DNA of 64,000 nucleotides from Rhodospirillaceae bacterium (GCA_002737725.1 NSIP01000001.1:272921-336920), one strand, 5' to 3'. Positions 29,487-37,881 are shown, numbered from the stretch's first letter. The notes: a model not told the origin generated them from the sequence alone. A program made the numbers and translations.

Positions 29487-30281
29487 ATGCATTCCTTCGC
29501 CTATCATCGCCCCAAGACAATTGCCGAGGCCACATCCAAGCGTGCCGCCGACCCGGATGCCAGCTACCTTGCTGGCGGCATGACGCTGATCCCCACATTG
29601 AAGCAGCGATTGGCCAATCCCACTCAGGTGCTTGATCTCAGCGCAATCACTGAGCTGAAGGGCGTGTCGGTTGCCAATGGAATAGTCTCAGTCGGGGCCA
29701 TGACCTGTCATGCTGATGTTGCTTTGTCGGCTGATGTTCGTAAAGCGCTTCCGGCATTGGCAGATTTGGCGGGTGCCATTGGCGATCCGCAAGTGCGCAA
29801 TCGTGGTACCATCGGCGGTTCATTGGCCAATAGTGATCCATCCGCTGATTATCCTGCCGCGGTAGTGGGCTTGGGCGCCACCATTCACACCAATACACGG
29901 CAAATTTCGGGCGATGACTTTTTCAAAGGCTTGTTTGAAACAGCACTTGAACCTGGCGAGTTGATCGTGAAGGTCACGCTCCCCATCGCTAAACGTGCGG
30001 CGTATATGAAATTTGCCAACCCGGCTTCGGGCTATGCGGTTGTGGGTGTGATGGTCGCCGATACCGCGCAAGGTGTGCGTGTGGCCGTGACCGGCGCAGG
30101 CGCTTGCGCGTTTCGCCAGGCCGATATGGAAGCAGCCCTTGCGAAGTCATTCACAGTTGCTGCGATCAAAGAAATCGTTATCTCTGCCGATGACCTCAAC
30201 GCCGACATGCACGCAACAGCCGAGTACCGCGCCCATTTGGTGGGCGTGATGGCCCGGCGTGCCGTGGCGGCGATGGCTTAG
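29487..30281 (+). CDS. FAD-binding medium subunit of a molybdopterin hydroxylase (CoxM-like)
   Basis: YLAGGMTLIP and RNRGTIGGSLANSDPSADYP motifs; about 264 aa from ATG 29487. Confidence 0.9.
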   Translation: MHSFAYHRPKTIAEATSKRAADPDASYLAGGMTLIPTLKQRLANPTQVLDLSAITELKGVSVANGIVSVGAMTCHADVALSADVRKALPALADLAGAIGDPQVRNRGTIGGSLANSDPSADYPAAVVGLGATIHTNTRQISGDDFFKGLFETALEPGELIVKVTLPIAKRAAYMKFANPASGYAVVGVMVADTAQGVRVAVTGAGACAFRQADMEAALAKSFTVAAIKEIVISADDLNADMHATAEYRAHLVGVMARRAVAAMA

Positions 30282-30304
30282 GCGCGCCCTTTCCCCTTTT
30301 GTCG

Positions 30305-30386
30305 TCTTCGGGCTTGACCCGAAGATCCAGGGATTCAAACGCTGATTGCTCCGTTTAGTCTGGATGCTCGTGTCAAGCACGAGCAT
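30305..30386. repeat. Compound stem-loop (REP-like) element
   Basis: Hairpin 1 is TCTTCGGG-CTTGA-CCCGAAGA (30305-30325). Hairpin 2 is ATGCTCGTG-TCAAG-CACGAGCAT (30364-30386). They are bridged by TCCAG...CTGGA, and the two loops are reverse complements of each other. Confidence 0.7.
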
Positions 30387-30455
30387 GAAACGTGGAGTGA
30401 GTAAGGGATGTGTGAATCTCGTTGCTTTGAGGTGGAGGTTTGTCGAGCAATCAAT

Positions 30456-30915
30456 TTAAACCGTCTCCACTACAACCTTCGTCTTGACCGAGTTGGCGAG
30501 ATAACATTGGTCATGGGCCGCGTGGTAAAGCTCCTCAATCTCAACGGCGGTTGGTTGCCTGGGGCCTGAAAAACAATATTCGGTCTCAGGTTTATCCGCG
30601 ACATCCAACTTTTTCCATCAGGCTCTTTTGTCATCTCGCCGACCGCGGCATCTTCATAGCTATCAATCACGAATGTGCGCTTCGCGGCCAGGTTTAAGAA
30701 AAACAGCATGTGGCACGACGAAATTGCTGCCACATAGGCCTCTTCCGGGCCCACGTTGGCGTGGTTCGAAAGGGGAACGGGCACCACATGCGGCGATGAC
30801 GAGGCAGGCACCGTACGCCGCCATCAAAGCTCCAAGTATGGGCGCGGCTATAGCGATTGTCCGTGTACATCGATTCGCCACGTCGCCACGACACGGTTGC
30901 CGTATACTCACTCAT
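30456..30915 (-). pseudogene. OsmC/Ohr-family protein with two frameshifts
   Basis: Three consecutive frame segments rebuild one protein: MSEYTATVSWRRGESMYTDNRYSRAHTWSFDGGV / VPASSSPHVVPVPLSNHANVGPEEAYVAAISSCHML...RPNIVF / GPRQPTAVEIEELYHAAHDQCYLANSVKTKVVVETV*. The shifts are near 30811-30816 and at the A5 run 30569-30573. Confidence 0.8.
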
Positions 30916-30974
30916 ACTTGCTGCTCCTGTTGTCCTGGGCCTATTCTGAAACAAATTTTATATGCGGTGTGAGA

Positions 30975-31577
30975 ATGGCTGATCCGATTCGGTTTTATTT
31001 CGATTTCAATTCAACATTTTCCTACATTGCCATTCACCGCATTGATGCGTTGGCCGCGCGCCATGGCCGAAACGTCGATTGGCGCGTTCTGTCGCTCGGG
31101 CATTTGTTTCATGCGCAAAGCATTGCTCCGCCGCCCACGATTCCAGCTAAACTTAAATACCTGGCGCTTGATTTCGTGCGGTCATGTTCTTTCGTAGGGC
31201 TACCATGCGCTTTGCCGAAAGTGTTTCCACCCGATGTGAAATTGGCGCGACTGATGTTTTGCCGATTGCAACGGCATGATGAAACTGCCGCGCGCAGTTT
31301 TGCCAAGGCGGTCTCTCTGGCCCTGTTCGGTCATGGGGTCGATGTGGCCACGGCGCAACAATTGGCCGACGCAAGCAAACCAATTCCAGGAATCAGCGTG
31401 GCCGAGATTGAGGCCGCTGCCGCCGATCCCAAAGCAAAGAAAGCGGTGATCTCGGCGTTAGACGCTGCAGTGGCCGACGGCATGGTGGGCGCGCCGTTCT
31501 TTGTTTTGGACGGCGAACCATTTTGGGGTGCTGATCGTCTCGACCAACTCGAAACCCGTTTGAAGGAAAAGGCATAA
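30975..31577 (+). CDS. 2-hydroxychromene-2-carboxylate isomerase / DsbA-like thioredoxin-fold protein
   Basis: Start at ATG 30975 (MADPIRFYFDFNSTFSY); the C-terminus GAPFFVLDGEPFWGADRLDQLE is typical. The longer track ORF is antisense overlap with the OsmC relic. Confidence 0.8.
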   Translation: MADPIRFYFDFNSTFSYIAIHRIDALAARHGRNVDWRVLSLGHLFHAQSIAPPPTIPAKLKYLALDFVRSCSFVGLPCALPKVFPPDVKLARLMFCRLQRHDETAARSFAKAVSLALFGHGVDVATAQQLADASKPIPGISVAEIEAAAADPKAKKAVISALDAAVADGMVGAPFFVLDGEPFWGADRLDQLETRLKEKA

Positions 31578-31676
31578 GCTATAACGGACCTTTCACGCCG
31601 AACACTCATGGCCTGCGCTGTCGGCGATTGTAGCGCGCATGGCCCAGCCGCCGACGTGGTGAAAATCAAACGTTAG

Positions 31677-32474
31677 TATGTCGACTGCCGCTATGGGCAA
31701 CTTCATATGCAGGTGGCCCAGCACGTTGAGGCGCGCCATGCCACCAAAACCCCACTGCTGTGCATGCACCCGAGCCCGCCAGCGAGCGTTATTATCTTGA
31801 TCTCATTGGTGATATAGGCGCCGACCGCATCGCCATGGCGGCAGACACACCTGGCTATGGCGAGTATGACCGCCCACCCAATGCCTCGCCGCCGATGGAA
31901 GGATACTCAGGCGCGTTTGCCGACGCCTTGCAGAATCTGGGCTACGGCAAGAACGGAAAAAAGTTGATGTGCTGGGCTATCACACGGGCTGTATCGTGGC
32001 TGTGGACCTTGCCATTCGCAGGCCCGACCCGGCGCGCAAACCTTGCCTCGTCGCCGTGCCCTACTACGACACACCCAAACATCAGCAAAAGCTGCTGGCC
32101 GGAATTGATCGCTTCTCTTACGGCGAAGAAGCTGATCACGTGGTCGCGATGTGGAACAACACGGTGAAAGAACGCGCCAAGGGCGTAAGCTTGGAACAGG
32201 CCGTGGATATTTCCTCGAACGCATGAAGCCCGGCGACAAAGAATGGTGGGCTTATACCGCCATGTTTGCCTATGACAGCAAAACCCAGTTCCCAAAAATC
32301 ACGAAGCCCACCGCGCCGCTCAATCCTCATGGTGTGCTCTATAAGGAAACGTTGACTGCGGTACCCGTCATCCCCGGGGCTAAGCTTATAGATATCCCCG
32401 AACTCGATCACGGCTTATTTTCCGTGGGCTCGCACATCATCGCGCGCGAGGCACGCAAATTTTTGGATACCTAA
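31677..32474 (+). pseudogene. Single-domain alpha/beta-hydrolase-like gene with at least three frameshifts and no intact start
   Basis: The reconstructable sequence YVDCRYGQLHMQVAQ..PLLCMHPSP / SERYYLDLIGD..DTPGYGEYD..GKNGKK / VDVLGYHTGCIVAVDL..EQAVDI / FLERMKPGDKEWWAY..ELDHGLF..KFLDT* runs across 4 frame segments. Shifts are near 31775-31782, at the A6 run 31957-31962 and at the T3 run 32210-32212. An in-frame TAG sits at 31674-31676. Confidence 0.75.
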
Positions 32475-32542
32475 TTGATACATCGCAGCGGTATATACCG
32501 ACCGCTGTCTGGCCGGTATAACCATTAGAAGTCCAACAGAAG

Positions 32543-34057
32543 ATGGTTATGATGATCGCGGCCCGCACTTTTGTATTTATGTCACTGATGCTTTGTAGCG
32601 CGGCCCAGGCATCAACGCTGCGCTTGGCCTCGGCATCCTTGCCACCAGGTTTTGGCAACCCCTATGGTTCGATTGCGCAATCAGCCTCTCATACGCGCAC
32701 TACGATTTTAGATGCGCTGACGCGTCTCAGCCCCGACGGCATGCTGCAGCCCGCCTTGGCGCTGTCCTGGCAGCCCACAGATGCCCGCACCTGGCGCTTC
32801 AAGCTGCGGCCCGATGTGGTGTTCTCAAACGGCGAGCCCTTCAACGGCGCGACCGTGAGAACTGTGATTGACTGGCTGAAAAGTCCCGCGGCGAGTGCTC
32901 AATTGTTGGCCTCCGAGGTTCGCGATATTGCCGAGGTTCGGCTGATTGATGAACTCACGGTCGATATTATCACCGCCAAGACCGATGCCGTTTTGCCCAA
33001 GCGACTGACCATGATCATGATGGTTCCGCCCGTTGCGTGGGCCAAGTTAGGCGTCGATGGTTTTACCCAAACCCCCATCGGCACTGGGTCTTACGTGTTG
33101 AAGGACTGGGGCCAAACCACCGGCAAAACGGTAATCGAGGCCAACCCCACATCGTGGCGAAAACCTCAACAGATCACCCGTGTTGAGTTGTTTCCGCAGA
33201 AAGACCCTGTCAGTCGCGTCCAAGCGCTCACCAGTGGGCGCGTCGATCTTACCCAAGGCTTTGGGCCCGAAGATGTGGCCGCGCTGAAAGAGCAGGGCTT
33301 TCGCGTTCATACGGAGCAAGAGCCGCAGATTATGGCTTTGGCGCTGCGCAATGTCGGCAACGTAGGAAAGCCCCTCCATGATATACGCGTGCGCCAGGCG
33401 CTGAACTACGCCGTCGATAAGTCTGCTATTGCTGATGTCATCTTGCGGGGCACCGCACAAGCGGTCGGCCAAGGTGCCATCCCAGGCGTGACGGGCTATA
33501 ACCCCGCGATCAAACCCTATGCGCACGATACCGCCAAAGCCAAAGCCTTGCTGGCCGATGCGGGCTATGCCAATGGTTTAGCGCTGACCGCAAGCATTCA
33601 GTTGGCTGGTGCAACCGAAGCGGCAGCGATTTATCAAAAGGTCGCCGCTGATCTGGCCGAAGCGGGCGTGAAACTGGAACTGCGCCCAGTTCAGGGCCCA
33701 GAATGGGTGCGCAGGTACAGCACCGGCGATTGGGGTGATGCCGATATCATCTCCTCAACCTGGAATGGGGCCTCGTACCACGACACGATTCGCGCCATCG
33801 AAACTTATTCGTGCCGCAAGCCTGGCGCTTTTTTCTGTATCCCCGAGATTGAACCGTTGATCGATGCCAGCGGTGTTGAACTCGACACAGTTAAACGCGA
33901 GCGCCTGTTGCAAGACATCATGGCGCGTTATCACGATTTGGCGCCGTCGATTTTCCTGGTGAACCTCACTAGCGTTTATGCCCATAGCGCGCGCGTGAAG
34001 GGCATTGTGCTGGGGGCCACGGGCCTGTGGTTCGAACAGATGCAGTTAGTCGAGTAG
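32543..34057 (+). CDS. ABC transporter substrate-binding protein, family 5 (orphan, no adjacent permease)
   Basis: 504 aa with signal peptide MVMMIAARTFVFMSLMLCSAAQA. The motif LPPGFGNPYG is shared with the SBP at 45222. Confidence 0.85.
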   Translation: MVMMIAARTFVFMSLMLCSAAQASTLRLASASLPPGFGNPYGSIAQSASHTRTTILDALTRLSPDGMLQPALALSWQPTDARTWRFKLRPDVVFSNGEPFNGATVRTVIDWLKSPAASAQLLASEVRDIAEVRLIDELTVDIITAKTDAVLPKRLTMIMMVPPVAWAKLGVDGFTQTPIGTGSYVLKDWGQTTGKTVIEANPTSWRKPQQITRVELFPQKDPVSRVQALTSGRVDLTQGFGPEDVAALKEQGFRVHTEQEPQIMALALRNVGNVGKPLHDIRVRQALNYAVDKSAIADVILRGTAQAVGQGAIPGVTGYNPAIKPYAHDTAKAKALLADAGYANGLALTASIQLAGATEAAAIYQKVAADLAEAGVKLELRPVQGPEWVRRYSTGDWGDADIISSTWNGASYHDTIRAIETYSCRKPGAFFCIPEIEPLIDASGVELDTVKRERLLQDIMARYHDLAPSIFLVNLTSVYAHSARVKGIVLGATGLWFEQMQLVE

Positions 34058-34121
34058 AGCGTCGTGCGGAAAAGTCGGCCCCGGATTATTCACAAACACG
34101 ACGCGACCGAACAACAATACT
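34058..34121 (+). repeat. Intergenic repeat, family 2
   Basis: AGCGTCGTGCGGAAAAGTCGGCCCCGGATTATTCACAAACACGACGCGACCGAACAACAATACTT starts directly after the SBP stop. About three quarters of positions match 48357-48420 by eye. Confidence 0.75.
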
Positions 34122-35401
34122 TAGCGAACAATCGCGCCGTACACGCCATTGCGCAACACAAGCGGTAACGTGGGCTCATCTCTACCGAGATATTGCGTCA
34201 TGGCCACGGCAGCAATCTGTTCTTTGGGGTCGATGAAGAACGCGGTATTGGCCAATCCACCCCAGGCGGCATCGCTTTCCGAACCCGGTGCCGCATGTGG
34301 TCCTTCGGCGGCACGCACACCTATCGCGAGCCCCCACGCATATCCGCGAAACACCGGCGTCGATTCGTGGTTGTACCAATAAACCAATCCCTGCTGTGGC
34401 GTGGTTTGGCGGGTTAGCATCATTTTCACGGTCTCGGGTTTGAGCACCCGCGCGCCATCCAACACGCCACCATTCAGCAACATTTGTAAGAAGCGCAAAT
34501 AGTCAGGGGCCGTCGACACCAGCCCACCACCTGCCGAGAATAAAGTGCCCGGCTTGGTGTAGCTCGACGACGCTGGGGCTTGTTTTAGGACCATTTTGTT
34601 CGTCTCGTCCGGGCCATAGACCTCGGCAAGCATCAATGGGTCTTTGACCCAATAGCCGGTGTCGGTCATGCCGATTTTATAAAACAACCGCTGTTGTAAA
34701 AACACGTTCAGCTTTTGACCCGACGCAATTTCAGCAACCCGACCCAGCACGTCAGAGGAAAATCCGTAAACCCAAGTCGCGCCGGGTTGATGAAGCAATG
34801 GGTACTTGCTCAGCTTCTTCACGCTGTCTTCAATGGTGCCGTCAAGCGATAAAATATCGCGCTGATTCATACCCAGCGACTTCGGCCAATCACCGGCATA
34901 GCCAAGGCCAGACGTGTAGGTAAACAAATGCCGAATGGTCATGGGGGTGGTTTGGGGTTCGGTAGCAATCACCTGACCATTTTTGATCTCTTTGATCACG
35001 GGCATCTGGCCGATCTCGGGGATGAACTTAGCCACCTGATCGTCGAGTTTAAATTTGCCCTCCTCCAATAGCGTCAGAATCGCTGCGCCCGTCACTGCAC
35101 GGCTTTGCGAATAAAGTCGAAAAGCAGTGTCGGCGGTCATGGGAAGTTTTTTCTCAACGTTCCGCAAGCCGTATGACTCAAACGCCACCAACTTTCCGCG
35201 CCGCATGACGCCAAACACAACGCCTGCACGGCGGTTTTGGTCGACAAAGGATTTCATGTCGGCGGAGAGTTTGGCGATGCCCGAAGCGCTCATGCCCACG
35301 GAAGCAGGGTCGGCTTTTTCTAAATCTTTGGCAAAGGCGGTAAAGGCGAGCAGGCAGGTCACAACGGTTGATGCAACACTCATGCGCATACAAGATGACA
35401 T
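34121..35401 (-). CDS. Serine hydrolase / beta-lactamase-fold family protein with signal peptide
   Basis: 426 aa with signal peptide (VVTCLLAFTAFA). The fold is indicated by FRLYSQSRAVTGAAILTLLEEGK and HLFTYTSGLGY. The SxxK motif reads S-Q-S-R. Confidence 0.8.
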   Translation of the reverse strand: MSSCMRMSVASTVVTCLLAFTAFAKDLEKADPASVGMSASGIAKLSADMKSFVDQNRRAGVVFGVMRRGKLVAFESYGLRNVEKKLPMTADTAFRLYSQSRAVTGAAILTLLEEGKFKLDDQVAKFIPEIGQMPVIKEIKNGQVIATEPQTTPMTIRHLFTYTSGLGYAGDWPKSLGMNQRDILSLDGTIEDSVKKLSKYPLLHQPGATWVYGFSSDVLGRVAEIASGQKLNVFLQQRLFYKIGMTDTGYWVKDPLMLAEVYGPDETNKMVLKQAPASSSYTKPGTLFSAGGGLVSTAPDYLRFLQMLLNGGVLDGARVLKPETVKMMLTRQTTPQQGLVYWYNHESTPVFRGYAWGLAIGVRAAEGPHAAPGSESDAAWGGLANTAFFIDPKEQIAAVAMTQYLGRDEPTLPLVLRNGVYGAIVR

Positions 35402-35433
35402 GGTGATGTCCTCATGAAGGGTGGTGGGACAAT

Positions 35434-35760
35434 TTAACTTTTCTTCTTCGGTGTCTTGTTGCGTTCAGCTTGTTGCAAAACCAGATAAAAAATCCGATCC
35501 GCTAGTGCTTTACGTGCAGCCTCACGTTCAGCTAAGGCCTTTTCGTCAAACTCGTAAGCATCTATATCAGACTTCAGGATCACACCTTTATCAGCGGCGA
35601 TGCGCTCAATCGTGTCGACGCGATCGCGCATTACCATCAGCTCGGTCGTCAGTGATGTGATCATTGACAGGAACACATCGCTCGACCAATCGGGGAGCAT
35701 CTTGGGGCGCTTACCGCGCGCCACGCGCGTCATTTTGTTCTTAGGGACGGCCTCGGCCAT
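35434..35760 (-). CDS. Hypothetical 108-aa protein, predicted helical/coiled
   Basis: The ORF is tightly spaced between the methyltransferase (21-nt gap) and the serine hydrolase (32-nt gap). Both termini are basic and the core is heptad-like. No family is recognised. Confidence 0.55.
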   Translation of the reverse strand: MAEAVPKNKMTRVARGKRPKMLPDWSSDVFLSMITSLTTELMVMRDRVDTIERIAADKGVILKSDIDAYEFDEKALAEREAARKALADRIFYLVLQQAERNKTPKKKS

Positions 35761-35781
35761 GGGGTATTGAATCTCAATAAT

Positions 35782-36948
35782 TTACTTAATGCCAACCTGG
35801 ACGCCCCAGCCAAAACCTGGAGCAGTCTTGGCACCTTGCGCCCGCGAGGTCGTGGTCACCTTGGTATTGGTAAAGCCGCCTTCATTGCCAGCCATGGGGG
35901 CCAGATCAACGAAGCACTGATCGGGCGCGAAGCCCGCCGTTTCCATGGCCGCCTTTAAGTTCATCCCGCGAAAGGTGGTCCAGAAGGGCTCGTTGTTGTA
36001 GCGCGTTTCATTTCCAAACAAAAACTGGCTGTAGACATCGATATCGGCAAATTGTGGCAAATCGGCATGTACCATGACGCCGCCCGGTTTCAACAAGCGA
36101 CGGCATTCCGTCAAAATGTTTTGCCAAGCTGTGGTTGAGGTTTCATGGGCCAAGATTGTCGAGACGACGACATCAAATGTACCATCAGAAAAATTTGTAT
36201 GCTCGGCATTTTGCTGGCTGAAATAAATTTTCTTGCCCAGCGATTCCGCACGCGCATGGCCGTACCGCAGGCACGGCGCTGCCACATCAATAGCGTAAAC
36301 TTCGGCATCAGGGAATGCATCACAATAGCGTTGTGCGCTCATGCCGATCGTGCATCCTATATCGAGGACTTTTTTTGCCTTCAGGGCGGGGAAGTTTTTT
36401 TGCAAGTAAGCGATCACTGACAAACCAAGCGCGCCCTCGGCTCCTCGTTGGTACATGGAAATCCCGCGATCATAAATGGCCCCTGCCGCCACGCTGTCGG
36501 GGTGGTCGGCGTCATAGTCATAACCGCCGGGCATACAATGAATATCAACGTTGGCGACGTAGCGCGGAATCTCAAGCTGATCATCCAACACCAGGCTTCC
36601 AAGTTTGCGCTCGCAGTCTTTCGCCCGCTGATTCAGTGCGGGTAACTGACGCTCGATGTTTTCGATCACCGTGTTCCACATCACCTCTTGCACGCTGCGT
36701 TGCAATGATAAGTGCAACTGGACATAGGGTCGCTCTTGCATCACCTTGCGAACTTCTTGGCGATCCTTCAGCGCGCGGCCGCTGGCCTTCTCAAATTCTG
36801 GCGCCACGATATTAGTGAAGTAACCCCGTGTTCCCTGCGAGACTTGACTGTACAAATGAAAGCGCATTGCGCGCACGGCATGCTCACGCGCAATTTCGTC
36901 ATGATTCATCTCAGGCGTCATACCGTGATCGTAAGCTTTGTTTGTCAT
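35782..36948 (-). CDS. Class I SAM-dependent methyltransferase with ~190-aa N-terminal helical domain
   Basis: Motif I is VLDIGCTIGMS, with acidic motif II EVYAIDVA and post-motif LLKPGGVMV. It is a paralog of 62848-63996. Confidence 0.8.
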   Translation of the reverse strand: MTNKAYDHGMTPEMNHDEIAREHAVRAMRFHLYSQVSQGTRGYFTNIVAPEFEKASGRALKDRQEVRKVMQERPYVQLHLSLQRSVQEVMWNTVIENIERQLPALNQRAKDCERKLGSLVLDDQLEIPRYVANVDIHCMPGGYDYDADHPDSVAAGAIYDRGISMYQRGAEGALGLSVIAYLQKNFPALKAKKVLDIGCTIGMSAQRYCDAFPDAEVYAIDVAAPCLRYGHARAESLGKKIYFSQQNAEHTNFSDGTFDVVVSTILAHETSTTAWQNILTECRRLLKPGGVMVHADLPQFADIDVYSQFLFGNETRYNNEPFWTTFRGMNLKAAMETAGFAPDQCFVDLAPMAGNEGGFTNTKVTTTSRAQGAKTAPGFGWGVQVGIK

Positions 36949-36968
36949 CGAGCGGTCATCCGAGTGAA

Positions 36969-37787
36969 TTAGTTATTATCTTCAGCCGCACGCTCGGCGC
37001 GCCAAGTTGACAGAGCCAGCCCCAAAGTCTTGACCGCGTCCTTCAATGGTCCGGCGAACGTGTCGGCAGCTTGTTTGAGGCTCATGGCGGTGGGATAGAA
37101 TGACACGCCCATCACCGAGAAAATTTCACCGTCGACCATCACGGGCGCAGCCACGGCGCAGTGGTTTTGATCGGGCACTTTCAGGCACGCAAATCCATCT
37201 GCGCTGATCCGAGAAAGGCCGCGTTGAAAATTCTGGAGCGTGACCCCATGACGCGTGAGAGTTTGCGGGTCCTCAGCCAAAGCCTGATCGATCAAAGCTT
37301 GGCGCAAATCTTTGGCACTATACGCCAAGTACACCTGCCCTGCAGCCGTATGTAAAAGCGGAATTTTAAAACCGCCGCGATGACGCCACATGGCGAAAGG
37401 GCTGATGTCGTGCGTCGAATCGCGCACCAGCATTTGCGAGCCCATGTTGGTGACCATCGTCAGCGGCCACAGAATTTTCTTGCAGACCTCGACCATGATC
37501 GGCCGGGCAATTTTGGGCAGCCATTCTTCTTGGTCATAGCCATGACTGAGGCTGCGAACTTGGGCTGTGAGGCGATATTTTTTGTCGGCATCGTCGCGGA
37601 AAATGTAGCCCAAGCGTTCCAAGGTGCGCAGCAAACGAAACGCGGTAGGTCGCGGTAAGCCCACCTGTTGAGAGGTTTCCGTGCACGTCAGCCCATTGTG
37701 GCGATTGAGCAGCGAGAGAATATCAAGGCCGCGTTCGAGCGAGCGGACGGAAAAAGAATCGGGGCGTCGGGGTTCAGCCTTGCTCAT
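36969..37787 (-). CDS. IclR-family transcriptional regulator
   Basis: N-terminal wHTH (SLERGLDILSLLNRHNGLTCTETSQQVGLPRPTAFRLLRTLERLGYI) plus a C-terminal IclR effector domain. Confidence 0.9.
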   Translation of the reverse strand: MSKAEPRRPDSFSVRSLERGLDILSLLNRHNGLTCTETSQQVGLPRPTAFRLLRTLERLGYIFRDDADKKYRLTAQVRSLSHGYDQEEWLPKIARPIMVEVCKKILWPLTMVTNMGSQMLVRDSTHDISPFAMWRHRGGFKIPLLHTAAGQVYLAYSAKDLRQALIDQALAEDPQTLTRHGVTLQNFQRGLSRISADGFACLKVPDQNHCAVAAPVMVDGEIFSVMGVSFYPTAMSLKQAADTFAGPLKDAVKTLGLALSTWRAERAAEDNN

Positions 37788-37881
37788 CTCTCACCGTGCC
37801 AAGCCCGACGGTATTCGTCAAGTGAACGCAATGGCTGCAGCCAAAACCCAGGAAAATGAGCAAAAAAGGCCCAGGATGCTC

